Shown: positions 51,753 to 63,033, counted from the stretch's first letter. The stretch is DNA of 64,000 nt from Nitrospirota bacterium (GCA_963845065.1 CAWJQQ010000008.1:64001-128000), one strand, 5' to 3'. Numbers and translations are program-made. Notes: a model not told the origin generated them from the sequence alone.

Positions 51753-52588
51753 TGGTGAGGCCGGGGAGGATGTCAAAAAATTGAATCGTCACGGTTCATT
51801 GGTTCGGAATAAATCATGAAAATTACCGTTGCTATCCCTCCTTGGCAGGGAAGGTCATTGAAAAGTCTTTCTCTTTGCTGCTGAAAACCGGCAGCGGTGT
51901 TTGCGAAGATAACGGATGTCGTCATGCTGGTTTCCCCAAAACGTATGGCTATTGTGAACGAAGAAGATGGTTTATTCGGAAGAAAGTTAAATGATCAGAA
52001 CTTTTCCACGCGGACAATGAGGCACGGAGGAAATCAGATACTTTCCTATTTTTTCTTGACCTGTCTCTGCGTCGCTGTAGTCCGCTGTGTTTGTCGACAA
52101 AAAAATTCCGCTATTCCTGATGACCGAACAGAAAGGCGGGGAGGGGGCACGATTGTAGAGATTGACGATTGTTTTGAAAACATTGCAGTGATTTATTTGG
52201 GAAAGCAATGTTGATTATAAGCTACAGGATTGCGCACCAACCCGAACCCTTCCACGAGTTCCATGCTGGGTATTGGGGGTTATCGACCTAGCTATCCTCT
52301 TCGTTGCTATAATTCCTTGCCGGCGGATAACTCGTCCCAGTCGCCGAATTTTTTATTTTTTCACTGATAGCGCAAACGCAGTACCAGCGTTGAAATCTAT
52401 AGAATATAAAGTATCAGATGCAAGTCAATTCTCGATAATTAGAAAAGGTACAGATTAAGTAGTATTGCGAATCCAAAGCTGCGAAACTCCATACTCCACA
52501 TGCTTTAGCGGAGCGAGTACTTCAAACATGTGACTTTGGACTATGGTAAGAATGAGTTTGAGGGGGTGAACGAAACCTGCCTATTCTA

Positions 52589-53263
52589 TCAATACACCCG
52601 TGCCACGTAGATCACATGCCGCAACCCTCCTTTTCCCGGACGCAGGTGCTCCACAGAAAATCCTGCAGCAGCGAGCCGCTTTTCGAAGGCTGCATCGATG
52701 TTCTCTCCCCAAACGGCAAAAACACCACCTGGAGCAAGAGCCGCAGCCGTTGTCGTAAGCGCACGATTACCATAAAACGGATCATTCTTTGTATCTGTAG
52801 CAGAACCTGGGCCTTCATAGAGGTCGATAATGATCGCATCGAACTTCTGTGCTTCTTTATGAGCTGACCGAGCAATTACTTTAGCAACATCATCTATCAC
52901 GATAGTAACTCGCGGGTCTGAAGCAACGTTTTTGGTCAGTCCTGCAAGAGGGCCACGGCACCAACTGACCACAACCGGGTTGAGTTCAGCCACAATGAAC
53001 TGAGCTGATCCTGGCAAGGAGTCAAAGGCAGCGCGCAAGGTGAGCGCCATGCCCAAGCCGCCGATTAGCACCTGCGGTTTTTTGCGCGTAGCCACGAGCT
53101 TACATGCCTCCACTCCGAGTGCCATTTCCGACCGGCTCGAGCTGCTGTTCATGAGCACGCGGTTATTGACCATGATGAGGAAATCACGCTCGCCACGGCT
53201 GCGCAGTTCGAGGATCCCGTCCGAGGTGTCCGCTTTATCTATGGTTCGCCACGGCTGCGCCAT
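52589..53263 (-). CDS. Spermidine synthase-like SAM-dependent methyltransferase fold protein
   Basis: VLMNS, VLIGGLGMALTL, VAELNP, FDAIIIDLYEGP. Confidence 0.85.
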   Translation of the reverse strand: MAQPWRTIDKADTSDGILELRSRGERDFLIMVNNRVLMNSSSSRSEMALGVEACKLVATRKKPQVLIGGLGMALTLRAAFDSLPGSAQFIVAELNPVVVSWCRGPLAGLTKNVASDPRVTIVIDDVAKVIARSAHKEAQKFDAIIIDLYEGPGSATDTKNDPFYGNRALTTTAAALAPGGVFAVWGENIDAAFEKRLAAAGFSVEHLRPGKGGLRHVIYVARVY

Positions 53264-53309
53264 GTTTTTTCCTGTTTCCTGCTGGAGATTTTAATCCATG
53301 TCGTGCAAC

Positions 53310-55244
53310 TTACTCAACAGTCCTTAGTCCTTCAAAAAATTTTCTAAACTCCTCAGGCTCATCTGTTATCCTGCATTTCGGGATAGACTTTAAAAACCAC
53401 TTGCCATAGTTCTTGGTCATGATTCGTGAATCGAGCACTGCCACAGTACCCCGGTCGGTCTTCGTACGAATAAGCCTGCCGAAGCCCTGGCGGAAGAGGA
53501 GCGTTGCCTGCGGAACCTGGTATTCGAAGAAAGGGTTTTTGAGCCGTTCCATGCGGGCTTCGACGATCGGCTCGTCCGGCACGGCAAAAGGGAGTTTTGC
53601 TATTACGACGCATTGGAGCGCGTCGCCTGGAATGTCGATGCCCTGCCAGAACGAAGCGGTGCCCATGAGCACGGCAGTCTGAGAGTTCTTGAAATGTTCG
53701 ATCAGGCGGTATGCAGGCATCTCCCCTTGGCACAGGAAACTGAGTCCCGGCATTTCCTTTCGCAGGGTCTCGGCACTTTTTCGCAGCTGGCCGTAGCTCG
53801 TGAAGAGAACGAGCGTTCTTCCTTTCGTTACAGAAAGCACTGCCGCCAATTTTGAATCGAACCGCTCCTGGTAGCCGCTTGACTGCTGATCGTCGAGGCC
53901 CGTTGCGATATAGAGCAAGGCCTGCTTCTCGAAATCGAAGGGCGAGTCGAGTAATAACTCAGCCGGAGCGTCAAGGCCAAGTCTGTTTTTAATATAAGTA
54001 AAGGAGCCTGCTGCAGAGAGCGTAGCAGATGTGAGTATCACGGTGTCCGCTTTGCCGAAAAGGTTTTCACGCAGCATCTCGGCAACATCGATCGGCGATG
54101 CAACAAGACGGTACCGCATGTTCTCTCGCTCAGCCCAATAGACAAAGCCTTCCGCGCTCTGGTCCAGGTTGATCCGGACTGCTGATGCAAGGGTTTGTGC
54201 CCGCGCGGCAAAGGCCTTGACCTCAAGTTCCTCTTCCTGTGATTCCGCGGTGAGATTGAGGAGAGCATCCCGTACTTCCATGAGCGGTTCGCTTAAAATA
54301 TCGGGCACAAGGTTCGGCTTTCTGATTCGGAGGGCGGGCTCTTTGGAAAGAAAAGGATGGAGATTCAAAAAGAAGTTGTCCGAGATCAATCGGAGTCCGT
54401 CGACCATGCCGCGCAGCATCTGTATATCGGTATCCTGTGCCGTAAGGCGGGTGAGCAGTCCCTTACGAGTGCGTTGAGAGAGGAGAGTATCGAGTAGGAA
54501 CTTAATGGAAAAGTTCGTGACTTCGACGCCGAGGTAGTCAGTGGCGACGTCTTCGATCTGGTGTGCCTCGTCGAATACCACGGCCTTGTGTTGCGGGAGC
54601 ACGTTGCCACCCGTGGCCATATCGGCAAAGAAAAGGTGATGATTCGCCACGAGGACGTGGGACTGTTGTTCGATTGCCTTGGCCTTCTGGTAGAAACAAT
54701 CCTTATAATAGGAACATTCCTTGTTGAAGCAGAGATCAGCCTGGCGACAAGCCTTGGACCAGAGGCCCGTTGGCGGCTCGATGTCGAGTTCGCTCCGGAG
54801 CCCCGTTCGTGTCATCGTGGACCAGGCAAAGAGCCGGTTCAGGGGTTCAATCTCGTTCTGTTCGTAGAGATTACCGATACGAAGATAATCAAAGCGTCGG
54901 AGGCAGAGGTAGTTCTCGCCGCCAACGCAGAGAGCATACCGGAAATCGCCGAGAACGCTTTTGAGGAAGGGAAGGTCCTTGCTCACGAGTTGCTGCTGGA
55001 GCGCCTTGGTGTATGTGGCAACAACGACGCGGCAGTTCTCTTCTTGTGTCCAGAGGACAAGGGGGACGAGATAGGCTAGGCTCTTGCCGACCCCGGTGCC
55101 CGCCTCGACAATCAAATGCGACTTGTCACGGAGCGACTTCTCAACAGCAGATGCCATCTCAATTTGCTGGGGACGATGCTCGTAGGCCATGCGCATGGCC
55201 TGCGCAATCAATCCCGTTTCACCGAAGATCTTGAGTGCGTTCAT
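53310..55244 (-). CDS. dinG: DinG/YoaA-family ATP-dependent DNA helicase (Fe-S)
   Basis: EAGTGVGKS, NYLC...C...C...C, FDEAH, TSATL, FWQGIDIPG, QGFGRLIR. Confidence 0.93.
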   Translation of the reverse strand: MNALKIFGETGLIAQAMRMAYEHRPQQIEMASAVEKSLRDKSHLIVEAGTGVGKSLAYLVPLVLWTQEENCRVVVATYTKALQQQLVSKDLPFLKSVLGDFRYALCVGGENYLCLRRFDYLRIGNLYEQNEIEPLNRLFAWSTMTRTGLRSELDIEPPTGLWSKACRQADLCFNKECSYYKDCFYQKAKAIEQQSHVLVANHHLFFADMATGGNVLPQHKAVVFDEAHQIEDVATDYLGVEVTNFSIKFLLDTLLSQRTRKGLLTRLTAQDTDIQMLRGMVDGLRLISDNFFLNLHPFLSKEPALRIRKPNLVPDILSEPLMEVRDALLNLTAESQEEELEVKAFAARAQTLASAVRINLDQSAEGFVYWAERENMRYRLVASPIDVAEMLRENLFGKADTVILTSATLSAAGSFTYIKNRLGLDAPAELLLDSPFDFEKQALLYIATGLDDQQSSGYQERFDSKLAAVLSVTKGRTLVLFTSYGQLRKSAETLRKEMPGLSFLCQGEMPAYRLIEHFKNSQTAVLMGTASFWQGIDIPGDALQCVVIAKLPFAVPDEPIVEARMERLKNPFFEYQVPQATLLFRQGFGRLIRTKTDRGTVAVLDSRIMTKNYGKWFLKSIPKCRITDEPEEFRKFFEGLRTVE

Positions 55245-55369
55245 CAGTTCGACAGATTAACACAGCGCCGGGGAAGTTGCAAATTCTACTTGTACAGCCC
55301 GGTTTTTTAGGGGTTTTCCCTGGCTTTCAGTTGCACTAATCTGCCTGATATGTTACTATATTAAGCTGT

Positions 55370-56392
55370 ATGCGCAATATTCTTCCATTCATTTTTCTCT
55401 GTTTCACCCTCATGATTTCGCCAGCGGGGGCGGCAGACAACGGACTGATAGTAAAAGCGGTACGCTCTTCCTCCTATGCCACGTTTACGCGCATTGTGTT
55501 CGACGTCGAGGCGGCGGCGCCTTATAACCTAACGCGATCACAGGACGGCAGGAGCGTGCTGCTGAGTTCTTACGAAGGTCAGTTCCTGCTCAAATCGCCG
55601 CTGCCCGTTGTCCATGATGGAGTGATCGCGGGCATTGAGGCACTCGAAGAGGGTGGCAGGAACTATGCTGCAATTCGCCTTGATGCTGCAGCCGGCAAGG
55701 TGAAAGACTTCACGCTCCGCGGGCCTGACCGGATTGTTATCGATGTCGCGAAGGGAACTGCTCCGCTTGCTCTTTCGCTGGCAGGGGACCGGCCGCTCGT
55801 CATTGTGATCGACCCGGGACACGGAGGTAAAGACGCTGGGCTCCTGACTGCCCAGGGGGTGGAGAAGACCTTTGATCTGGAGCTGTCCCTAATTGTCAGG
55901 AAACTGCTCCAAAAAAACGACCACCTGAAGGTCGTCCTGACGCGCGAGAAGGACCAGACACTTTCACTCGACGAGCGGGCCGCATTTGCCAATGCTGCTG
56001 GCGCCGCGATTTTTGTTGGTATTCACGGTGCGGCTGGAACGGAATCGCACGTCTATATGCAAGATATCTCCGGAGACATGGGCGAATTAGCGTTCCAAAC
56101 AAAGCCGGTAAGTGGAGATTTTCTCAGCTTTGAAAAAGGAAGCGAACAACAGGAACTGGTGTGGGGCATGCAGCAGGCTGCGCACATACAGGAAAGCGGT
56201 GGACTGGGGCAGCAGCTTGCTCGGCAAATCTCCGGCAGTAACAGCGCAGAGCCTGTGCAGGCGCCGCTCGCTGGCCTTAGGGCTGTGGATGCCGCGGCGG
56301 TAATGATCGAGATCGGGATGGACCAAGACCAAACGAAGGTTGCAGAGAGCATAGCTGGAGGCATCGAACTCTATGTCAGAGACGACCGATAG
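55370..56392 (+). CDS. N-acetylmuramoyl-L-alanine amidase (AMIN plus Amidase_3)
   Basis: Signal peptide, TRIVFD / PDRIVID, IDPGHGGKD, LTRE, ERAAFAN, IHG, VMIEIG. Confidence 0.88.
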   Translation: MRNILPFIFLCFTLMISPAGAADNGLIVKAVRSSSYATFTRIVFDVEAAAPYNLTRSQDGRSVLLSSYEGQFLLKSPLPVVHDGVIAGIEALEEGGRNYAAIRLDAAAGKVKDFTLRGPDRIVIDVAKGTAPLALSLAGDRPLVIVIDPGHGGKDAGLLTAQGVEKTFDLELSLIVRKLLQKNDHLKVVLTREKDQTLSLDERAAFANAAGAAIFVGIHGAAGTESHVYMQDISGDMGELAFQTKPVSGDFLSFEKGSEQQELVWGMQQAAHIQESGGLGQQLARQISGSNSAEPVQAPLAGLRAVDAAAVMIEIGMDQDQTKVAESIAGGIELYVRDDR

Positions 56393-56975
56393 GAGAATCA
56401 GGGACAACCGGATGCTGTTTATCCTGGTTCTTGGAATCTTCCTCGTTGCAATGGTCGGCGGCGGAGCTTACCTCTGGACAAGAACGCACGACCCGGATGG
56501 TGCGCGGAAATCGAACGGGGGGGGAACTCAATCCCTTGTGCAGCCCGCTTTCCAAAACGAGCCAATTACTATTACGGTCTATTATCCTGCGAATGGCATG
56601 CTTCTGGCTGGCACAGCATCGGTCAAGCGGCAGCCCGACACACAGGCACAGGCGCGGGAGACCCTTGCTGCAGCCTTAAGCGACCAGCGGGTGGCGCAAA
56701 CCGCGGTGTTTCGTGATATCAAACTCAAGGCATTTTACCTTGACGGCCAGGGAACGGCATATATTGACCTGATTCCGTTCCAGCACAGGGATATAAGTGC
56801 ATCGGCATGGGAAGAATTGCTGGCCATCTCAGCGATGGTAAACACGGTCATGCAAAATTTCGATGAGATCAAACAAGTCAGGTTCCTGATGGATGGCAGG
56901 GAAGCGCAGACACTCGCCGGCCATATAGACCTGTCACGACCGTACACGAAGAGGATGGACTTGGTCAAGCAATAG
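56373..56975 (+). CDS. GerMN-domain protein
   Basis: N-terminal TM; VNTV..NF.EIKQVRFLMDG....TLAGHIDLS; located between the amidase and murI. Confidence 0.88.
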   Translation: MSETTDRRIRDNRMLFILVLGIFLVAMVGGGAYLWTRTHDPDGARKSNGGGTQSLVQPAFQNEPITITVYYPANGMLLAGTASVKRQPDTQAQARETLAAALSDQRVAQTAVFRDIKLKAFYLDGQGTAYIDLIPFQHRDISASAWEELLAISAMVNTVMQNFDEIKQVRFLMDGREAQTLAGHIDLSRPYTKRMDLVKQ

Positions 56976-57083
56976 CTGCAGTTTTGAGTTAATTTTGGCG
57001 AGCGATTTGATTTGGTGGTGTTACACACTTAACACTTTAAACTGAAGACTAAGAACTGAGAACTCATAACGTATTTTTAAACG

Positions 57084-57887
57084 ATGGAAAAAGCAATCGG
57101 CATATTTGATTCCGGCATCGGCGGGCTCACGGTGCTCAAAGAGATCGTGGCAAAACTGCCCGACGAGAACATTATTTACCTCGGAGACACTGCACGCGTT
57201 CCCTATGGCATCCGCTCTGCGGAAACGGTAACGCGCTACTGCTTTGAGAATACCCATTTCCTGCTTGCGCAGGAGATCAAGATGCTCGTCGTGGCTTGCA
57301 ACACGGCGACGGCCATCAGCCTCGATGCGGTGAAGAAGGAGTTCCCCCTGCCGATCATCGGCGTTCTCGAACCCGGCGCACGTGCCGCAGTCCGTGCTAC
57401 CAGGACGAAAAAGGTGGGTGTGATCGGCACCGAAGCCACGATCGGGAGCGGGGCTTATGAAAAAGCAATCAAAAAACTAGCTGCCGACGTGGACGTGTAC
57501 AGTCGGGCATGCCCGCTTTTTGTATCGCTTGCAGAAGAGGGCTGGACGGACAACGACGTGGCGGAATTGGTTGCGCGGAAATATCTTGCCTCCCTGCAAG
57601 GCACGGGCATCGATACCCTGGTGCTGGGCTGCACCCATTACCCTTTACTCAAGAAGGTTATCAGCCAAGCCGTTGGCTCCGAAATTACGCTTATCGATTC
57701 CGCGACCGAAACGGCAAAAGAAGTGGCCGACGTGCTCGAAAAGCTGAAATGGCGGGGAGACGGAAAAGGCGAAGGTATCCGGAAATATTACGTTACCGAC
57801 ACGCCCGTTCGTTTTGAAAAAATCGGCAAGTTGTTCCTCGGCGATTCGCTCCTTCGCGCTGAGCAGGTGAAGGTCGGTGGAATGTAG
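57084..57887 (+). CDS. murI: Glutamate racemase
   Basis: IGIFDSGIGGLTV, VACNTAT, LGCTHYP. Confidence 0.98.
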   Translation: MEKAIGIFDSGIGGLTVLKEIVAKLPDENIIYLGDTARVPYGIRSAETVTRYCFENTHFLLAQEIKMLVVACNTATAISLDAVKKEFPLPIIGVLEPGARAAVRATRTKKVGVIGTEATIGSGAYEKAIKKLAADVDVYSRACPLFVSLAEEGWTDNDVAELVARKYLASLQGTGIDTLVLGCTHYPLLKKVISQAVGSEITLIDSATETAKEVADVLEKLKWRGDGKGEGIRKYYVTDTPVRFEKIGKLFLGDSLLRAEQVKVGGM

Positions 57888-58121
57888 TTTGCTAGGCATG
57901 GATCGAATCTGGCCACATGATGATAGAAAGAATGGTTGGTTAAACCGCAGAGTCATACCTGATGCAACGATTCAGGAAGAGTTCCGGAGTGGGGAAAATC
58001 CGCTTCTCTTCAGAATGAATTTTTCTGGATTCTATGCTTCCTTAGCGGATTTATGCCTTTTAACAATGCATCGTGCAACTACATCCATTTTTTTGATTTG
58101 ACGGATGCATGAGGTGTATTC

Positions 58122-58982
58122 ATGAAAAAAGATTGTGAGCGGACCAGGAGAGTGTTTCCTCGATACTTGCGCGGCCATGTATTCCGGCTCGAACGTATAA
58201 GAATCGAGCGCCACTTGGCCGGGTGTGTGATCTGCAGGTCAGAGTTCGAAGGGCTCAGACGCGCTGATGAGACGCGTCGGATCCTCAAGGATATTGACAT
58301 TTGCAAGGGTCTTGCCCAGCGAGCGAAAGAAGGCGTCGTCTCGCTGTCGAGGATGAAAAAGGTTTTTTACCGGCCACTTTGGCTCGCGGCGATTGCACTG
58401 GCGTCGGTAGGCGTTTATTATTATATCGTGACGCCGCGTCAGCTTGATCTTGAAATAGATAAGATCGTGAAGACTGAACCGACAACGACGCCGGCCATTT
58501 CACCAGCGGAAGTGAAAACAGATACTGGCATGTCGATAAAGCCGGCTGTCAACAGGCAGGTAACGCAGGCTCCATCCGCACCGGTTGCTGCGCCACTTGT
58601 CGTGAAAATTATTCCCGACAATGAGAATGCGGCTGTCCGGCAGATTAACGAAGTCCTGACCGGACAGGGGCAGCTTCGCGAAAAGAAATTCAGCGAGACT
58701 GTCCGGATCGTGTCCAGCAGCCTGACGGCCGGAGAACTTGAAATTTTTATTGACAAGATCGAACCGGTAGCACGGGTCAGTTTCAATCGTAAACGGCTCG
58801 AAACGACTCCAAGCACCCAGTCAATTCCGTTTACGTTAAAGCTACTGGCCGCACCAAAAACGGTTGAACAACATCCTCCATCCGCCATGCCGGCCCAGAT
58901 GCCTGTACCGACACAGGCACCCAGCGGGACAGCGATGCCTGCTGAGCCTGCAACAAGCCCCACAACCTCATCCGCGGAATGA
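58122..58982 (+). CDS. zf-HC2 (anti-sigma-like) membrane protein
   Basis: IERHLAGCVIC, TM helix, Pro-rich C-terminal region. Confidence 0.75.
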   Translation: MKKDCERTRRVFPRYLRGHVFRLERIRIERHLAGCVICRSEFEGLRRADETRRILKDIDICKGLAQRAKEGVVSLSRMKKVFYRPLWLAAIALASVGVYYYIVTPRQLDLEIDKIVKTEPTTTPAISPAEVKTDTGMSIKPAVNRQVTQAPSAPVAAPLVVKIIPDNENAAVRQINEVLTGQGQLREKKFSETVRIVSSSLTAGELEIFIDKIEPVARVSFNRKRLETTPSTQSIPFTLKLLAAPKTVEQHPPSAMPAQMPVPTQAPSGTAMPAEPATSPTTSSAE

Positions 58983-59050
58983 CGGTCGGGGAAGCAATCT
59001 CTTTCAAAACAGAAGGCTAAATCAGATTGAGAAACGGATGATAATTAAAT

Positions 59051-60400
59051 ATGTCTCTTGACAGATCATACCAGGAAACAATTAACTATCTCTTTGCTCT
59101 CCAGAAGCACGGCGTGAAGCTTGCACTGGCCAACAGCATTACGCTAATGGAGATCATGGGCAGTCCCCATCGGAAATTTCGGACCGTTCATGTCGCGGGG
59201 ACGAACGGGAAAGGATCGACATCGGCATGCATCGCGAGCATTCTTCAGATGGCCGGATATCGTGTGGGTCTATACACCTCTCCTCATCTCGTGAGTTTTA
59301 CCGAACGGATCAGGATCAACGGCAAGGCCATTTCCGAGGCCGAAGTCGTTGAACTGGCTCGGTCGGTGCGAGATGCCTATCGCGGTCTGAAGAGTCCTGA
59401 CGCGTTCGGAGAAATGATCCCGACGTTCTTCGAAGTGACGACAGCTATTGCATTCCGGTATTTTGCTGATCAAGCAGTCGACCTAGCGGTGATCGAAGTG
59501 GGAATGGGCGGCCGACTCGACTCGACGAACGTGATCATGCCACTCGTATCGGTGATCACAAACATCGACCTTGAGCACACTGAGTTTCTTGGCACGGCGC
59601 TAGAGCAGATTGCCGGAGAAAAAGCGGGCATCATTAAACCCTCAGTGCCGCTGGTGACCGGCGCGAAGCAGCCCGAGGTGATCAACCTATTCGAGCGCGA
59701 AGCTTTGGCAAAAGGTGCCCCGTTGTTTCGATTGCAAAAGGATTTCAGGCCCGAGAACTGCGCTCCAGGAGTCAGCCAAGTCTTCGATTACCGAGGATTA
59801 ACATCCGACTATGCGAGCCTGCGCCTGAATTTAATCGGCCGATACCAGGTGGACAATGCCTGTCTTGCACTTGCCGCGATCGAGTGCCTCAGGGATGCTG
59901 GCATTGCCGTAAGCGAGTCCGCTTTGCGGTCCGGACTTGAGCAGGCGCGTTGGGAAGGACGAATGGAACGGGTCGCGCGGCGGCCTGATATCTATCTCGA
60001 CGGAGCCCATAACCCTGCTTCGGCGCGAGCTCTTGCCGGGACTATCGCCGAATTAAAACAGTCACATCACCAGCTTGTGCTCGTCATCGGCATACTTGGT
60101 GACAAGGATTACCACGGCATCCTTGCCGAACTCCTACCGCTTGCGGATCACGTAGTGGTTACGAAGCCACAGTATTCACGCGCCTTGGATATCGGCGTGC
60201 TAACAAGAGAGGTTCGGAATCTGCATGCTTCTGTCGACGCTGCGGAAACTGTGGGAGAGGCGATAGAACGGTCGCGTGAGAGGTCTTCGTCTGATGATCT
60301 TATACTCGTTACTGGATCCCTTTATGTCGTCGGCGACGCGAAGGCCTTTATTTTACCGGATAGGGGAATGACAGGGGCTTTAACGAGTCTGAAAGGTTGA
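59051..60400 (+). CDS. folC: Folylpolyglutamate synthase / dihydrofolate synthase
   Basis: HVAGTNGKGST, YTSPHL, EVGMGGRLDSTN, LDGAHN, TGSLY. Confidence 0.97.
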   Translation: MSLDRSYQETINYLFALQKHGVKLALANSITLMEIMGSPHRKFRTVHVAGTNGKGSTSACIASILQMAGYRVGLYTSPHLVSFTERIRINGKAISEAEVVELARSVRDAYRGLKSPDAFGEMIPTFFEVTTAIAFRYFADQAVDLAVIEVGMGGRLDSTNVIMPLVSVITNIDLEHTEFLGTALEQIAGEKAGIIKPSVPLVTGAKQPEVINLFEREALAKGAPLFRLQKDFRPENCAPGVSQVFDYRGLTSDYASLRLNLIGRYQVDNACLALAAIECLRDAGIAVSESALRSGLEQARWEGRMERVARRPDIYLDGAHNPASARALAGTIAELKQSHHQLVLVIGILGDKDYHGILAELLPLADHVVVTKPQYSRALDIGVLTREVRNLHASVDAAETVGEAIERSRERSSSDDLILVTGSLYVVGDAKAFILPDRGMTGALTSLKG

Positions 60401-60464
60401 GATCTCGGGCAATTTGCAATGCGGGGTGTGGAATGCGGAACGACACGCTGAAGGACCGATCGGG

Positions 60465-62498
60465 ATGAAGAGGACAAGCATTGCAGCGGTCGTCATTGCC
60501 TTGGGTCTTCTCTCCGGCCTTTTGCTTACCGGAGCGGCCCGCCACGCGCAGGCCCAAGATGTCCCGAAGAAAGTTCCTGTAACGGTTACGGCAGACAAAC
60601 TTGATTATGACCGTACAAGCGACGTGTATATTGCCGTGGGACACGTGAAGATCGATCAAGAGGGCATCCATCTCGAGGCGGACAAAGTCATACTGAACAA
60701 TAGAACAGGTCAGGCCGACGCTGAGGGCAACGTTTATCTGCAGGATGCCGGAAACGTTGTCCATGCCGAGAGCTTGAAGGTCAACCTAAACACCGATGCG
60801 GGAATCATCAAGAAGGGCGATCTGTTCATGAAGAAAGACAACTTTCATGTGAAGGGGGATGTGATAGAACGGCGGTCGGAAACCACTTACCACATCGAGA
60901 ATGGCCGGTTTACGACCTGCGACGAGAACGAGTGGTTTCTCAAGGCCGATGTGATGGATATCGACATGACACGGTATGCAACGGGCAGCGGTGTAACGTT
61001 TAATGTAGACGGCAGGCCGGTTTTTTACACGCCATATTTTCTCTTTCCCGTACGTAGACAGTCAGGCTTTCTGATCCCCATGCCGGGATATGACAGTCAA
61101 CAAGGGTTTTTTATCGAAAACGCATTCTTTTGGGCCATCTCCGACTACAAGGACATGACGATCTCTTCCGATTACCGTTCGCGGGTAGGAAACGGCACCG
61201 GTATCGATTATCGATACAACAACTCCCGTGAATCCATGGGTGAGGTAAATGCCAAGATCTGGAACATTTACGACAACAGCACTATAAGGTGGGAATTCCA
61301 GTTCAAGCACCAAGAAGAGTTTGCAGATGACCTCTCGTTTAGGGCCAACATCAATCTCGTGAGCGATTACCAGTACTACTATGAACTCGATCAAAGACTA
61401 GAAATGAAATCTTTGCCCTACATCGATTCGAATGCTTTTTACGTCGAGCGGTGGAATACGGAATCTCTCTATCTTCTCGGCCAGTATTCGACAGATCTCA
61501 CGCAGTCGAATGACAAAACCGTCCAAAAACTGCCGGAACTTAGGTACACCATTTATGAAGAAACGCTTGGCGGTCCGGTCCATGTAAACTTCGAAGGGTC
61601 GGCTACGAATTTCGTGATGCAGAGCGGAGACGGTACCAGGCGCGTGGATTTTAATCCGGAACTCACCGCACCGTTCGGTAGCCATGGCTTGAACCTGACG
61701 CCACGGGCAGGCGTGCGGGCGACGTTTTATGATGAGAGCTTGTCCTCGACCGGACCAAGCGAACGGAAATTTGCTTATTGGGGTATGGACCTTAACGCGC
61801 GTGTCTCTCGGATATTCGGGACGGACGGGGAATCCGGTCTTGGCCAGATAAGGCATTCGATCGAGCCTACGGTCTCCTATACCTATATCCCGCATATCAA
61901 TCAAGCCAATATTCCCCAGTTCGACACTGTAGACACTGTGACGTCGATGAACACAACCACAGTCTCGCTGACCAATCGTCTGACCGCCCATTACCGAGAG
62001 TCGAAGGACTCGCCGACTACGACCTTCGATATGATGGTTATGAAACTCTCGCAGGCCTATAACCTGAGCGCGTTGCAAGTTCAGAACGGCCATATACGGT
62101 CCGATGTACTCGGAGAGTTGTACTTCAAAACTCCGAAACTATTTTCGGCCACGGCAAACGCAGATTACAACACATATGAACATGAGATGTCGTCGCACAG
62201 CGTGGGTGTCGCACTCGCGACAGATCGATTTTCGTTGAACCTTTCCGAACAATATTTGCTGGAACCGGAAACCCAGTCTCTGATCGGCGGAGGACTCCTT
62301 CATCTCGGCAGATGGGACCTGGGCGCACAGTTAGCGCGAGATATGGTACACAATTTGAATACTCAAGTGCTTTACACCGTAAATTACTCATCACAATGCT
62401 GGGGAATCAAGACGGCGTATACGATCTCGCCGGGAGATTCGCGGTTCACGATGCTGCTGGAGCTCAAAGGGATGGGTGGATATCAAGGCAAAAAATAG
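60465..62498 (+). CDS. lptD: LPS-assembly protein LptD
   Basis: Signal peptide, OstA-like domain (TADKLDY), FTTC, RRQSGFLIP, QKLPE, HSIEP, SQCW. Confidence 0.9.
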   Translation: MKRTSIAAVVIALGLLSGLLLTGAARHAQAQDVPKKVPVTVTADKLDYDRTSDVYIAVGHVKIDQEGIHLEADKVILNNRTGQADAEGNVYLQDAGNVVHAESLKVNLNTDAGIIKKGDLFMKKDNFHVKGDVIERRSETTYHIENGRFTTCDENEWFLKADVMDIDMTRYATGSGVTFNVDGRPVFYTPYFLFPVRRQSGFLIPMPGYDSQQGFFIENAFFWAISDYKDMTISSDYRSRVGNGTGIDYRYNNSRESMGEVNAKIWNIYDNSTIRWEFQFKHQEEFADDLSFRANINLVSDYQYYYELDQRLEMKSLPYIDSNAFYVERWNTESLYLLGQYSTDLTQSNDKTVQKLPELRYTIYEETLGGPVHVNFEGSATNFVMQSGDGTRRVDFNPELTAPFGSHGLNLTPRAGVRATFYDESLSSTGPSERKFAYWGMDLNARVSRIFGTDGESGLGQIRHSIEPTVSYTYIPHINQANIPQFDTVDTVTSMNTTTVSLTNRLTAHYRESKDSPTTTFDMMVMKLSQAYNLSALQVQNGHIRSDVLGELYFKTPKLFSATANADYNTYEHEMSSHSVGVALATDRFSLNLSEQYLLEPETQSLIGGGLLHLGRWDLGAQLARDMVHNLNTQVLYTVNYSSQCWGIKTAYTISPGDSRFTMLLELKGMGGYQGKK

Positions 62499-62512
62499 AC
62501 AAGGAGGCGGTA

Positions 62513-62833
62513 ATGGCCGATGAAATCATTGTGCTTATCACGGCAGCATCAAAGGACGAGGCCGCCCGCATCGGAACTGCGCTCGTGAACGAGCATATCG
62601 CCGCCTGCGTAAATATCTTGCCACAGATCCGTTCCCTGTTCTTCTGGGAAGGAAAGACACAGGACCATGGCGAAACGCTAATTATCGTAAAGAGCAGACT
62701 ATCGCTGCTAAATCGCATCATCGGGCGGGTAAAAGAACTCCATTCCTATACTGTGCCCGAGGTGATCGCAATTCCTGTCATCGGCGGTTCCTTGGACTAC
62801 CTTCGCTGGCTTAATGATTCGACGCAGGGATAA
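62513..62833 (+). CDS. cutA: Divalent-cation tolerance protein CutA
   Basis: AAGGAGG RBS; AACVNI, FFWEGK, LHSYTVPEVIA, YLRWL. Confidence 0.95.
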   Translation: MADEIIVLITAASKDEAARIGTALVNEHIAACVNILPQIRSLFFWEGKTQDHGETLIIVKSRLSLLNRIIGRVKELHSYTVPEVIAIPVIGGSLDYLRWLNDSTQG

Positions 62834-63017
62834 ATCACAATGCTTTTTGATACCATCCCTATAAAAATTCATTATAAAGATATTCCTCTTAAGTGGAACG
62901 GCGAATGCTTAAAAGATCGAAATACCTAATGCTTTAAAATAAATCCTATACGCGATGAATTGATGAATTTCTGATGTTGAGTTAATTTACATTATATGGT
63001 CACCGATGAAGACATTA

Positions 63018-63033
63018 CCACTATATCTTGTGT
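63018..63033 (+). promoter_or_regulatory. NrdR-box-like motif
   Basis: CCACTATATCTTGTGT matches the consensus acaCwAtATaTwGtgt at 14/16 positions. Confidence 0.5.

Noticed and set aside
51817..52460. Several short ORFs after the IS1182 end (one faintly HisG-like at its start)
   Set aside because: Fragmentary, with no convincing motif; probably decayed DNA.
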